From positions 1 to 64,000 of the forward strand of contig JBBQFN010000020.1 of the NCBI GenBank assembly GCA_038321985.1: a stretch of DNA of 64,000 bases. The letters run 5' to 3'. The position numbers and the translations under genes are program-made. Shown here piece after piece: positions 43,359 to 52,949 of the stretch. Each line of letters begins with the position of its first letter. The first letter of the stretch is position 1. This stretch comes from Cyanophyceae cyanobacterium (GTDB lineage: Bacteria > Cyanobacteriota > Cyanobacteriia > Cyanobacteriales > Laspinemataceae). The notes under the pieces were generated by a model. The model was given only the letters and a program-made list of their open reading frames with translations, made no database searches and had not been told where the DNA came from.

Positions 43359-44864
43359 ATGAGTGGCGAAAAACGACGGTACATTACAATCGACGAAGCT
43401 CAACTTCGACAACTGCAAGAACAGGATAGCCGCTTGCGATCGGTACAGCAGGATTTGCCTGATCGCATCCAGGCGATTCGTGAACAAACCAGGCAAGAGT
43501 TAATGTCTCGTCTGACGCCACTGGAACAACGGGCGTCGCGGCAAGAACAACTTGCCCAGGGTCTCACCAGTGCGATCGCCGATTTAGAACGGGAGACTTC
43601 TCACCGCTTACAAGTCCAGCAGCAGGGGTTTCAAATAGCCGTGAAACAGGCTGAGGACCGACAAGGCGTGGCGCTTACCCGGGAGATGTTTCGCCTCCAA
43701 ACGGCGCTGCGATCGTCTTTCGATCAGGCGCGGCAGGAATATCTCCAAATTACCTCAGAACAACGCCATGAATACATTCGGCTGATTGACGAGCACGATC
43801 GCCAGTTTCAAGCCCAACTTGCCGAAGAACGTCAAGCCCGGGAACGGGGAGAACAACTAATTATACAAAAATTAGAGACGCTTGTCCAGGATATCCAGGC
43901 GAATAAACAGCAGCAAAGCCAGCTTGCACAAAGTTTACTAACTGATGTAGAGCAGATTTGGACCCAAGTCGAACAGGAGTATCCGCATCAGCGATTTGCG
44001 CCGGGACGGTTGCAGGAGTTGCGGCGCGGATTGGAATTAGCAAAAGCTAATCTTGCTGCCGGGGTCTCTCAAGCGGCAGTCGCCACCACTCAACAAAGCT
44101 ATTTAGAGTTAGTAAATTTACGCCTCGAACTTCAACAAAAAGAACAAGAATGGCTGTTACTTTATGAAGCCACTACCCAAGATTTGCGTAGTTTAATTGC
44201 CGAAGTTCAAGCCAACCGCGAGTGCGAGTTAGTCGTGGGGGAAGGGTCTGAAGCGGATGGGTTTAAATTTGAAGTCGATTATTGGACGGAGGGTGGCTTA
44301 ACCCAGTATCAAGAAGAACTTAAGGGGATTGAGTTTGAATTGCAGGGTGGGGAAACAACTTGGACGAGCGATCGCCTCAAGGCACTAGGCGATCGGCTTC
44401 AAAGCTATCAACCGCGCCTGGGGGAAATGGTCGAAGCTGCCAAACGAGCTATTTTAAGTTCTCAATTGCGGGTAGAAATTGCCGATCGCATTGTAGAAAC
44501 CCTATCCTCATTCGGCTATACTTTAATCAATTTGGACCAAGATGCTCTTTATGAAAAAAACGACCCTAGACAATCTTATTTAGTTAAAGTTCGTAATATT
44601 GCCGGGGATGAAGTCGTAACCGTGATTAGTCCCCAAAAAAATTTTGGGACTAACCTAATTTCGATTAATACTTTCAGTCCGACCCTAATTGACGAAACCG
44701 CTACTCAGGAGAATGCTAAAGCGATTTTTAAACAATTGGAAACCCAAGGGATTCAAGCCACGGGAGACTTAGAATGTTACCAACAACCCCAACAAGGCTA
44801 TCGGAATTTGCAGCAGGTTCAGGGCAAAGAAATACCCCAACCGCAACCGAAGCCGGAAGCATAA
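43359..44864 (+). CDS. Long coiled-coil protein with a C-terminal alpha/beta domain, function unknown
   Basis: Gln/Glu/Leu/Arg-rich heptad-like sequence for about 370 aa, then a beta-rich C-terminus (YLVKVRNIAGDEVVTVISP...LISINTF). The likely start is the ATG at 43359 (MSGEKRRY). Confidence 0.85.
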   Translation: MSGEKRRYITIDEAQLRQLQEQDSRLRSVQQDLPDRIQAIREQTRQELMSRLTPLEQRASRQEQLAQGLTSAIADLERETSHRLQVQQQGFQIAVKQAEDRQGVALTREMFRLQTALRSSFDQARQEYLQITSEQRHEYIRLIDEHDRQFQAQLAEERQARERGEQLIIQKLETLVQDIQANKQQQSQLAQSLLTDVEQIWTQVEQEYPHQRFAPGRLQELRRGLELAKANLAAGVSQAAVATTQQSYLELVNLRLELQQKEQEWLLLYEATTQDLRSLIAEVQANRECELVVGEGSEADGFKFEVDYWTEGGLTQYQEELKGIEFELQGGETTWTSDRLKALGDRLQSYQPRLGEMVEAAKRAILSSQLRVEIADRIVETLSSFGYTLINLDQDALYEKNDPRQSYLVKVRNIAGDEVVTVISPQKNFGTNLISINTFSPTLIDETATQENAKAIFKQLETQGIQATGDLECYQQPQQGYRNLQQVQGKEIPQPQPKPEA

Positions 44865-45111
44865 GCCGGTTTCGTTAATATTCCTCCCGTAACGCTTTGG
44901 CTTCCACCCCTTGTATCTCCTGAGTGCAGGTAAAGCCAGGGCAACAGCAGGCGGTTTGCTCATCGGATACTAGAAATAGCCAAGGCAGAAAAAGACACTC
45001 AGGGGCACCCCCTAGGCTAAAGGTAGCGGAAACCATTAGCATAAAAATAGATGCCGATGCGGGTGAGCGAATTTCTGGCGGATAGAAAGCATGGATACGG
45101 TGAGATTGGGT

Positions 45112-46923
45112 GTGTCTAAATGTCCGGTGTGTGAAACTGAATATGTGCAAGGGGAACAGACGTCATGCCCCACTTGTGGCTGGGATCTCAAGTCTGTTCC
45201 CCCATTAATTCCCGGGGAGTTGCCCGAAAGGAATTGTCCCGAGGAGGGGACCCGACTATTTTGGGCGCGAAACATCTGGGCGCTTGTTCAGGAACGGGAC
45301 TCAGCGGTTAAACAGTTAGAGTGGAAATTAGCCGACATTGAAGGGCAATTAGCTAAAGTTTGGGAACGCTTGGATCGGGCAGGAAGAGAACGAATTCATG
45401 CTCAGCAGAAGGTAGATAAATTGTCACTTGAAACCGATGGATTCCGTAAACAGCGCGAGTTTCTAGAAGAGAAGATCGATCAAGAGCGACATGAGCGCCA
45501 AGCCCGAGAACAACACTTAGAAACTCAAATCACTGAGGTGTTATCTCAGTTACAGCAAGACAAGGGCGATCGCGGGCAATTTATCAATCCACTCCATCCC
45601 CTTCAAGCTAATCATAATTCTATGATAGAACCCAACGACTTAAAAGAACTATTGGCAAATCTTCATCATGAAATCGCTCGATTAAATATTCCTGGTTCTG
45701 ATGAAATTCCTCCAGAGATTAATGAATTAAAACAGAAATTAAGTGCATCTGAATCCGAACGCTCCCAGTTATTGAAACAGCTAGCTCAAGAGCAGAAAAA
45801 AACAGAAAACTTACAAGAAAAGATGGAGAATTTAACTCTGGAAATTGAACTTAGAAATCGCAATGCACTTGCCGCAGAGTTCGAGGCAGAAATGGTTAAT
45901 TTATTGATTTCATCCCTTGCTGATCCATCGGAAGCAGTCCAACGATGGGCTTATGCTTTGCTTAAACGCAGTCATTTGCCTAAAGCAAAAATGGCGATGG
46001 AAGACTATCAACCCTATCGGTTTTTTCGCTGTTTACAAGTCCTAGAACATCAAAAAGCTGTGCGGACTTTAGCCATTGATCCAAAGGGAGATTTTTTAGT
46101 GAGTGGGAGTAATGATAAAACGGTCAAGATTTGGGAAATTAATACAGGAAACCTGATTAAAACTGGAATGGGTCATACGGGTTCTGCGATCGCCCTGGCA
46201 ATTTCCCCGAATGGGGAACTCTTCGCCAGCGGCAGCGGAGACAATACTATTAAACTGTGGGAACTTAAAACCGGAAAACTCTGTTTTACCCTCCGGGGAC
46301 ATACGGGATGGGTGAATGCCTTAGCGTTTCATCCTAAAGGAAATATGCTCGTTAGTGGGGGTGCGGATAAAACAATTGCCTTATGGAATTTGGATACCCA
46401 AGAATTAATTGGGACCTTTTATGGACATACCAGTACCGTGCGATCGCTCTCCATTAGTCCCCAAGGAAATACGCTGATTAGTGGGGGAAATGATAATATG
46501 ATTAAAATTAGAAATTTGCTCACGGGTGAATTACTTCACACCCTCACTGAACATACCGGATCAGTCTGTTCTGTTGCCATTAGTCCCGATGGTAATATCC
46601 TAGCCAGTGGCAGTAATGATACAACCCTGCGCCTCTGGAATGTCGGGACAGGTAAACTTTTGTACACCCTTGCCGATCATTCCAGCGGCGTGACTTCTGT
46701 TTCTATTTCCCAGAATAATATGATAGCAAGCAGTTCCGATGATGGGACAATTAAAATTTGGAATTTAGAGCAAGCCAGACCCATTCATACCATTTCTCCC
46801 CTAAAAACGACTCACGGCAACGAAGGATATATGCTATGCAGTGCTATCGGTCCCACGGGTGATAAAATTGTGACTGGATTTGATGGGGGTAAAATTAAAA
46901 TTTGGGGAACGGGTGACCATTAA
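45112..46923 (+). CDS. Zn-ribbon, coiled-coil, HEAT-like and WD40 (7 repeats) protein
   Basis: CPVC...CPTCGWDL, a long coiled coil, then WD40 repeats. I prefer the GTG start at 45112 because it matches the start of the downstream paralogue. The ATG at 45091 is also in frame. Confidence 0.88.
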   Translation: MSKCPVCETEYVQGEQTSCPTCGWDLKSVPPLIPGELPERNCPEEGTRLFWARNIWALVQERDSAVKQLEWKLADIEGQLAKVWERLDRAGRERIHAQQKVDKLSLETDGFRKQREFLEEKIDQERHERQAREQHLETQITEVLSQLQQDKGDRGQFINPLHPLQANHNSMIEPNDLKELLANLHHEIARLNIPGSDEIPPEINELKQKLSASESERSQLLKQLAQEQKKTENLQEKMENLTLEIELRNRNALAAEFEAEMVNLLISSLADPSEAVQRWAYALLKRSHLPKAKMAMEDYQPYRFFRCLQVLEHQKAVRTLAIDPKGDFLVSGSNDKTVKIWEINTGNLIKTGMGHTGSAIALAISPNGELFASGSGDNTIKLWELKTGKLCFTLRGHTGWVNALAFHPKGNMLVSGGADKTIALWNLDTQELIGTFYGHTSTVRSLSISPQGNTLISGGNDNMIKIRNLLTGELLHTLTEHTGSVCSVAISPDGNILASGSNDTTLRLWNVGTGKLLYTLADHSSGVTSVSISQNNMIASSSDDGTIKIWNLEQARPIHTISPLKTTHGNEGYMLCSAIGPTGDKIVTGFDGGKIKIWGTGDH

Positions 46924-46982
46924 TCCCCTTTCCCTCCCGGTTTGATTCTAACTAAAATTACTCCTGAGTCTATCTAATCCTC

Positions 46983-48230
46983 ATGTCTAAATGTCCGGTT
47001 TGTAAAGCTGAATTTACCAAAGGAGAACGCGCTCACTGCTCAATTTGTGGGTGGGATTTAACTCCCTATCCTGCCTCAGTTTCCCCCAATATTCGGCCCA
47101 TTATTTTATCAAAAGAACGGGTAAAAATAGCCTGGGCTAAACAACTTTGGGAAACCCTGCGATCGCAGCAGGACGAACTCAGAAGCGCCAGCAATCTCAT
47201 CCACCAACTCGAACAAGAAACCCAAACACTTCAGTCTCATCTCACCAAAGTTTCCTCTTCTTTTAATCCTCATCCCTCTCCTGAGTCGCCTAATTCTATC
47301 TCAACCCCCATCTCCCCCGTGGAAGTTTTAAAAACTTCAGGCATGGAATGTCAAGCCACCTTAACCGGCCATTTTCGCGCAGTCAGTGCAGTCGCCTTGG
47401 GTAGCGATGGTGAAATCCTTGTCAGTGGGAGTTGGGATAAAACAATCAAACTTTGGAACCTCAGAACCGGGGAAGAACTTCTCACCCTAACCGGCCATTC
47501 TTACCCGGTAAATTCAGTTGCTATCAGTCAAAATGGCTGGACATTAGCCAGTGGCAGTAATGATAAAACGGTTAAAATTTGGAAAGCCCAAACTGGACAA
47601 ATTTTATTTACTAAAACTGGACATAAACAATGGGTGAATGCCATCACATTCAGTCCGGATGGCACCCTTCTTGCTAGTGGCAGTCTTGACCAAACTATTC
47701 GCCTCTGGAATGGCATCACTGGACAAGAATTGCCAACCCTAACGGGACATTTAGCCGCTGTAACTTCTCTGGCAATTAGCGGCAATAATTTAATGTTAGC
47801 CAGCGGCAGTTTAGATAAAACTATTAAACTTTGGAATATCGAAACCTCCGAAGAACTTCCCCCTTTATTTGGACATTTTGATGGGGTCACTTCAGTAGCC
47901 ATATTCCCGGATAATTTAACCTTAGCCAGTGGGAGTTTAGATAAAACGATTAAACTCTGGGACATCAAAACATCAACAGAAATTGGCTCTTTAATTGGAC
48001 ATAGCGATCGCATCAATGCGATCGCCATTAGTCCCGCTGGAAAGATGCTCGCTTCTGCCAGTTCAGACCACACCATTAAACTCTGGGACCTCAGAAGCGC
48101 GGCGGAAACTCAAACCTTAACGGGACATTCCGATAGTGTTAATGCTGTAGCAATAAGTGCCGACGGAAAAACCCTAATCAGTGGCAGTAGCGATAAAACA
48201 ATTAAAATCTGGCAAATGCCAGATTCCTAA
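46983..48230 (+). CDS. Zn-ribbon, short coiled-coil and WD40 (7 repeats) protein
   Basis: CPVC...CSICGWDL followed by seven GH...SGSxDKTIKLW repeats. Confidence 0.9.
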   Translation: MSKCPVCKAEFTKGERAHCSICGWDLTPYPASVSPNIRPIILSKERVKIAWAKQLWETLRSQQDELRSASNLIHQLEQETQTLQSHLTKVSSSFNPHPSPESPNSISTPISPVEVLKTSGMECQATLTGHFRAVSAVALGSDGEILVSGSWDKTIKLWNLRTGEELLTLTGHSYPVNSVAISQNGWTLASGSNDKTVKIWKAQTGQILFTKTGHKQWVNAITFSPDGTLLASGSLDQTIRLWNGITGQELPTLTGHLAAVTSLAISGNNLMLASGSLDKTIKLWNIETSEELPPLFGHFDGVTSVAIFPDNLTLASGSLDKTIKLWDIKTSTEIGSLIGHSDRINAIAISPAGKMLASASSDHTIKLWDLRSAAETQTLTGHSDSVNAVAISADGKTLISGSSDKTIKIWQMPDS

Positions 48231-48245
48231 CCCCCAATTATATCC

Positions 48246-50771
48246 ATGACCCTAGAACGAGTTACTTCTGAACTCAATTTAAGAACCGGCGATCGCTTCT
48301 TAATTTTATACGGCACTCATACCAGCGATACTTTTTGTACTCCGGACCTGCTGCTGCAAGATATCGAACAAGTTTTGCACCGATATCTCCACTCCCAATT
48401 CTATCAGCGGATTTTATTTTATTCTGGGGTTAAAAAGCTCTATTTTCTAGAGGCTGAATCCCGCGATCGCACCCGGTTACAGCCTCAGAAACCCGCGATA
48501 GTCCCATCGAATCAACCAATGCAGCTTAAAGGCGGTCCTCTGGGTAATAAACGTCGTCTGTTAGGGAAACCCTCTGACGCACCTGTACCATCCCCCATTG
48601 CTTCTCGCCTCCAAGATACCCAAATTTTGCCTTATTTTGAAACCGCGATGCAAGACACTACCCACAACTCGGCAATCGTGTTTTCTCAGGGGGAAGATTT
48701 GGCAAACTTTGAAAACCGCCGGGAACTGTTCGGACGAATGGTGGAATGGTCTCGTTTACCTCCGACAAATCGCAATTTATGCATCCTGATTTTCCATCAT
48801 GAAACCCTGACCGCCTTACAAAATTTTTGCCAAGAAATTGGCTTGACTTTTTTAGCTAATTATGCTATAAATAGAAATCAATTTGGGGGCCAAAGTGTAA
48901 ATATTGTACGCTTACCTGCACCTCCTGCCTCAGAAATTCAATCACTCCGGGATTACGTTCGACTCAAGTATAGGAAAGCCATTAATTGGGGGAATAGTGA
49001 ACAATTATGCCGGTGGATTGCGGCGGAAAATCGCCCTTTAAATTATTGGTACGATCGCTTTAGGGAAGCTAGAGAAATTTCCCTAAACGAAGCGCGATCG
49101 CAACAGTGGTTATCTGGAGATGTGAGCGATCGCCCTGCTTGGGAACGGTTGCAAGCAATGGTAGGATTACAGGAGGTTAAAGCAGCGATCGCCCGTCAAA
49201 TGCGATCGCTACAAGTGCAACAAGAACGAGTGCAACAGGGACAGATTTTAGAACCTCCTCGCCTGCATTTAGTCTTTAAAGGCAATCCAGGCACCGGCAA
49301 AACCACGATCGCCCGACTGATTGGAGAAATTTATCGAGATCTGGGATTACTACGTCGGGGTCACGTTGTAGAAATTGGGGGACGGGATTTAGTGGCAGGA
49401 TATGTGGGACAAACTCACCTCCGCACTCATGAGATAGTCGATCGCGCCTTGGATGGGATATTATTCATCGATGAAGCGTATGCTTTAGCACAAGGGGGAG
49501 ACAGTGATTTTGGCAGCGAGGCACTTGAAACCCTTCTCAAACGCATGGAAGACGATCGCAGTCGCCTCGCGGTGATTCTTGCCGGATATCCGGATAACTT
49601 GGATCGCCTGATCGAGTCGAATCCCGGTTTACGGCGACGCTTTCCCACCGAAATTATCTTTGAAGATTATATACCTCCGGAGTTACTAGAGATAGTCAGA
49701 CAAGGGGTAAAACGATTATGCTGTAGTTTGTCGCCGGAGTTAGAAGAGACTCTAACTCACTTATTGACCCAGGTTTATACTGATCGCGATCGCAGCTTTG
49801 GTAATGCTGGATTTGTGGAAAATTTGTTAACTCAAATGGACGAAATGCGATCGCAACGGGTGATTACCCAGAATTTGGACCGATTACAAGAACCGTACCA
49901 AGTTGAGGATTTGCCCCCTACTTATCGCCACCTTGCCTCTCAGGGTCAAAAAGATAGGGATACTCTGGCTGAATTATTACAAGAATTAGACCAGTTTGTA
50001 GGATTGCAATCCGTGAAAGAGGCGATTCAGGAACTGGTGGAAAGTGAACTTGCCGATCGCCGCTTGCAAGCTGCCGGATTAGGTAGCAATTGTGAAATTC
50101 AGACGCATCATCTGGTATTTACGGGTAATCCAGGCACCGGCAAAACCACTATTGCCCGGTTACTAGGCCGAATTTTTAAGGCATTAGGACTATTAAGAAA
50201 AGGGCAGTTTGTAGAAGTAACACGACTGGATTTAGTCGCCGGTTATGTGGGACAAACTGCCCAAAAAACCCAGGAGGCGATCAACTCTGCCTTAGATGGA
50301 ATCTTGTTTATTGATGAAGCGTACACCTTATCTCGGCAGGAATTCGGACATGATTTTGGAACTGAGGCAATCGATACTTTAGTACCCATCATGGAAAACG
50401 AACGTAGTCGCCTCGTTGTCATTTTCGCCGGATATTCCCAAGAAATGACCCAATTTTTGCGACTTAATCCAGGATTAAGCTCACGGATCGCTTATCATAT
50501 TAATTTCCCTGACTATAATGGAGAAGAACTCTATGAGATTTTTCAGGGAATGTGTCACCAAGGACAACGAATTTGTCCCCCTCTGGTAGGCGATCGCCTC
50601 AGAGAAAAATTTAAACTCCTGTATGAAACTCGCCGCCCTAATTTTGGAAATGGTCGCGATATTCGCAATTTTTATGAGAAAATGGTTAAACGACAAAAAA
50701 GCCGGATGTTACGAGACAATTTAACCGGGGAAGCTATGATTACCTTTGCGATCGCAGATATTCCCGACTAA
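48246..50771 (+). CDS. Tandem AAA+ ATPase of the SpoVK/CbbX/EccA family with an extra N-terminal domain
   Basis: Two modules, each with HLVFxGNPGTGKTTIAR (Walker A), DLVAGYVGQT pore loop, GILFIDEAY (Walker B), AGY sensor, NPGLxxR arginine finger and FGN(A/G). The gene starts 15 bp after the preceding stop. Confidence 0.93.
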   Translation: MTLERVTSELNLRTGDRFLILYGTHTSDTFCTPDLLLQDIEQVLHRYLHSQFYQRILFYSGVKKLYFLEAESRDRTRLQPQKPAIVPSNQPMQLKGGPLGNKRRLLGKPSDAPVPSPIASRLQDTQILPYFETAMQDTTHNSAIVFSQGEDLANFENRRELFGRMVEWSRLPPTNRNLCILIFHHETLTALQNFCQEIGLTFLANYAINRNQFGGQSVNIVRLPAPPASEIQSLRDYVRLKYRKAINWGNSEQLCRWIAAENRPLNYWYDRFREAREISLNEARSQQWLSGDVSDRPAWERLQAMVGLQEVKAAIARQMRSLQVQQERVQQGQILEPPRLHLVFKGNPGTGKTTIARLIGEIYRDLGLLRRGHVVEIGGRDLVAGYVGQTHLRTHEIVDRALDGILFIDEAYALAQGGDSDFGSEALETLLKRMEDDRSRLAVILAGYPDNLDRLIESNPGLRRRFPTEIIFEDYIPPELLEIVRQGVKRLCCSLSPELEETLTHLLTQVYTDRDRSFGNAGFVENLLTQMDEMRSQRVITQNLDRLQEPYQVEDLPPTYRHLASQGQKDRDTLAELLQELDQFVGLQSVKEAIQELVESELADRRLQAAGLGSNCEIQTHHLVFTGNPGTGKTTIARLLGRIFKALGLLRKGQFVEVTRLDLVAGYVGQTAQKTQEAINSALDGILFIDEAYTLSRQEFGHDFGTEAIDTLVPIMENERSRLVVIFAGYSQEMTQFLRLNPGLSSRIAYHINFPDYNGEELYEIFQGMCHQGQRICPPLVGDRLREKFKLLYETRRPNFGNGRDIRNFYEKMVKRQKSRMLRDNLTGEAMITFAIADIPD

Positions 50772-50882
50772 ATCAGGCAACGCCCCCCAATGACTAAATG
50801 TCACGGCTTTAGAATTCACCTCAAACCTGCTATTTTCACAGCAATATTTAAGAGAATTTACGGTTTTTAAATTAAGTGGAAA

Positions 50883-52688
50883 TCAGGATTTTTTCAACTT
50901 AAACTCATCAAATTTAACAACCGGCACACTGGGGTTTCGTGCATCAAAACGGTAACTACTGACCATCCCTGTACTTGTCTCGAAAATACTAAAAACGGAG
51001 ATATCATTACTCGCAATATAGGGTAACGGTTGGTCATTGTCATCCAAGAGGGGAGAAAGGGTGGGAATCATCGGGTCCAATCCATTTGGATCCCCCGTAG
51101 CAGCATAGGTTTCTTGATAATTTTCCGGCACTTCTGGGCGATTATTTTTCTCGTACGCCCCGTAACTATTCCCCACATTAGAGGATTCCAAAAAGTGGAT
51201 TCCACTAGGACTGACAAAGCGGTTCCACAGGTGAGAATGTCCGTAATAGACTAACTGGACTCCTGCTGATTCCAATAACGGTACGACATCCCTAATAATA
51301 TAATCTTGGTCTTGGGGATATTCATAGCGTACTGTGATCCGCCCCATTCCATCGGATTCTAACCGTTGCACTGGGTTCGTATAAGGCGGAACCACGTGTT
51401 CCCCCAGGGAATGGGCGGGATGATGAAACATGACAATTTTATATTTAGCTTTTGTAAATTCTGAACTGGCTAACTCTTGTTCCAGCCATTGATATTGTGG
51501 ACTTCCCTGGGCAATGGGTTCAAAAATATGTTGTCCGTATCCCCATTGTTCCGGTTGAATTAAATCATCCGCCCGTTCTCGATATTTGCCTTTGGTTTTG
51601 GGGTCGAGACTGGGAGAACGCCAGGTGTTCGTAATATATAAAACAACTAATCGCACATCTCCAAAGGTGACGGCATAATAATTTTTGCCCTCAGCATTGG
51701 GAAGATTGAAGATTTCATTAAAGGTTGTGGTATTAAAGGAATTGTCAATTAACCAGCGATCGCGCAATACCGGAGACTCTTCGGGATTGATTTCCGCAAC
51801 CTTTTCCTCGTAAAAGCGACGGGCTATCTCCTGGGGAAAGGCATCGAGAAACTGGTCCTCTAAGCCTTTTTCTGGAGAAAAACGGCCCATCACTTCATGA
51901 TTACCGACGGTGGGAAACAGCGGCGCGTGTTGAATAATTTGACCCCCGGTATAAACGTGATCTCCTGACTCGGATTTAAAGTTATACTGAGCGCGACCTT
52001 GCAGGACTGGAAAGAAGGCATTTCCCCGATTGTCATCAAACCATTCAGAAGCGCGATCGGCAACATTGATTAAATCACCGGCATGAAACACCGCATCAAC
52101 TCGCCCGACTGTTTGGACGACTTTCTGTAAATTAGCCGCAGTCATCGGCTTTAACTGATAATCAGAAGTGAGCAAAATTTTCAAATTGCTACCGGGTTCG
52201 GGGTTGGCTGCCAGGGTGAAGCGATCGCCCTTGATTTCTACCTGATCCTCCCGCATACTGGTCACATGATAAGGGACCCGCACCCCTGGGGTTAGTCCCG
52301 TAATCTCCGCTTCATGCCGCCAAATATCTCGGGCTGTGGGTTTCGGATACACCGTTCCGTCTTCGGTTTGACTCCCGAAATGCGATCGCTGGTCCTCCTG
52401 TGTCCGACTCAGTTTCGTCGTAGTCGCCCCCACAACGTTCTCCCCATTTTCCCCGTATTCGACCCGATGCTCAATCCCAGCAAACTCCGTAAACCACACA
52501 ACCCGAACAGAATTGGACGTGGGAACTTGCAGAAACGGATCCGTTAAAAGTTGGGGAGAAGATACCATCATACTCAACCCAGGTGACAGAAAGATCAGAC
52601 AGAGGGAACAGAAAAACAGCAGAAGCAATAACCACAATTTGCGAGAGGTTTTGATCGCCGATTGTAACGGTAGGGGAGTCGGTATCAT
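50883..52688 (-). CDS. Purple acid phosphatase-like metallophosphoesterase with an FN3-like N-domain, probably exported
   Basis: TSDYQ, AGDL, GNHE, FHHP and GHSH metallophosphoesterase motifs, plus an N-terminal hydrophobic segment. Confidence 0.85.
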   Translation of the reverse strand: MIPTPLPLQSAIKTSRKLWLLLLLFFCSLCLIFLSPGLSMMVSSPQLLTDPFLQVPTSNSVRVVWFTEFAGIEHRVEYGENGENVVGATTTKLSRTQEDQRSHFGSQTEDGTVYPKPTARDIWRHEAEITGLTPGVRVPYHVTSMREDQVEIKGDRFTLAANPEPGSNLKILLTSDYQLKPMTAANLQKVVQTVGRVDAVFHAGDLINVADRASEWFDDNRGNAFFPVLQGRAQYNFKSESGDHVYTGGQIIQHAPLFPTVGNHEVMGRFSPEKGLEDQFLDAFPQEIARRFYEEKVAEINPEESPVLRDRWLIDNSFNTTTFNEIFNLPNAEGKNYYAVTFGDVRLVVLYITNTWRSPSLDPKTKGKYRERADDLIQPEQWGYGQHIFEPIAQGSPQYQWLEQELASSEFTKAKYKIVMFHHPAHSLGEHVVPPYTNPVQRLESDGMGRITVRYEYPQDQDYIIRDVVPLLESAGVQLVYYGHSHLWNRFVSPSGIHFLESSNVGNSYGAYEKNNRPEVPENYQETYAATGDPNGLDPMIPTLSPLLDDNDQPLPYIASNDISVFSIFETSTGMVSSYRFDARNPSVPVVKFDEFKLKKS

Positions 52689-52949
52689 AGGGATTCACAG
52701 GGGGTACAAGAATCTTTAGTAGCCATAATAACAGGCAGTCTAACCCATCGACGTAAGGACAATCGAGGATAATTGTAAACGCGCGATCGCCTTGGTGGAT
52801 TTTCTAAATCTGACTTGCAGCGGGTCTCTAACAGCCTAGAACTTTTATTTTTTCATTCAACTAGCAACCCATTTCTACCCAGTGGACTTTGACAAGCTGC
52901 GATCGCCACGAAACAATAAACCACTAGATACCATAACCCAGAGGAAAAC

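Noticed and set aside
48246..50771. Calling the ATPase cbbX, eccA or spoVK
   Set aside because: The similarity is only at family level. The tandem architecture, unusual N-domain and gene context do not support orthology.
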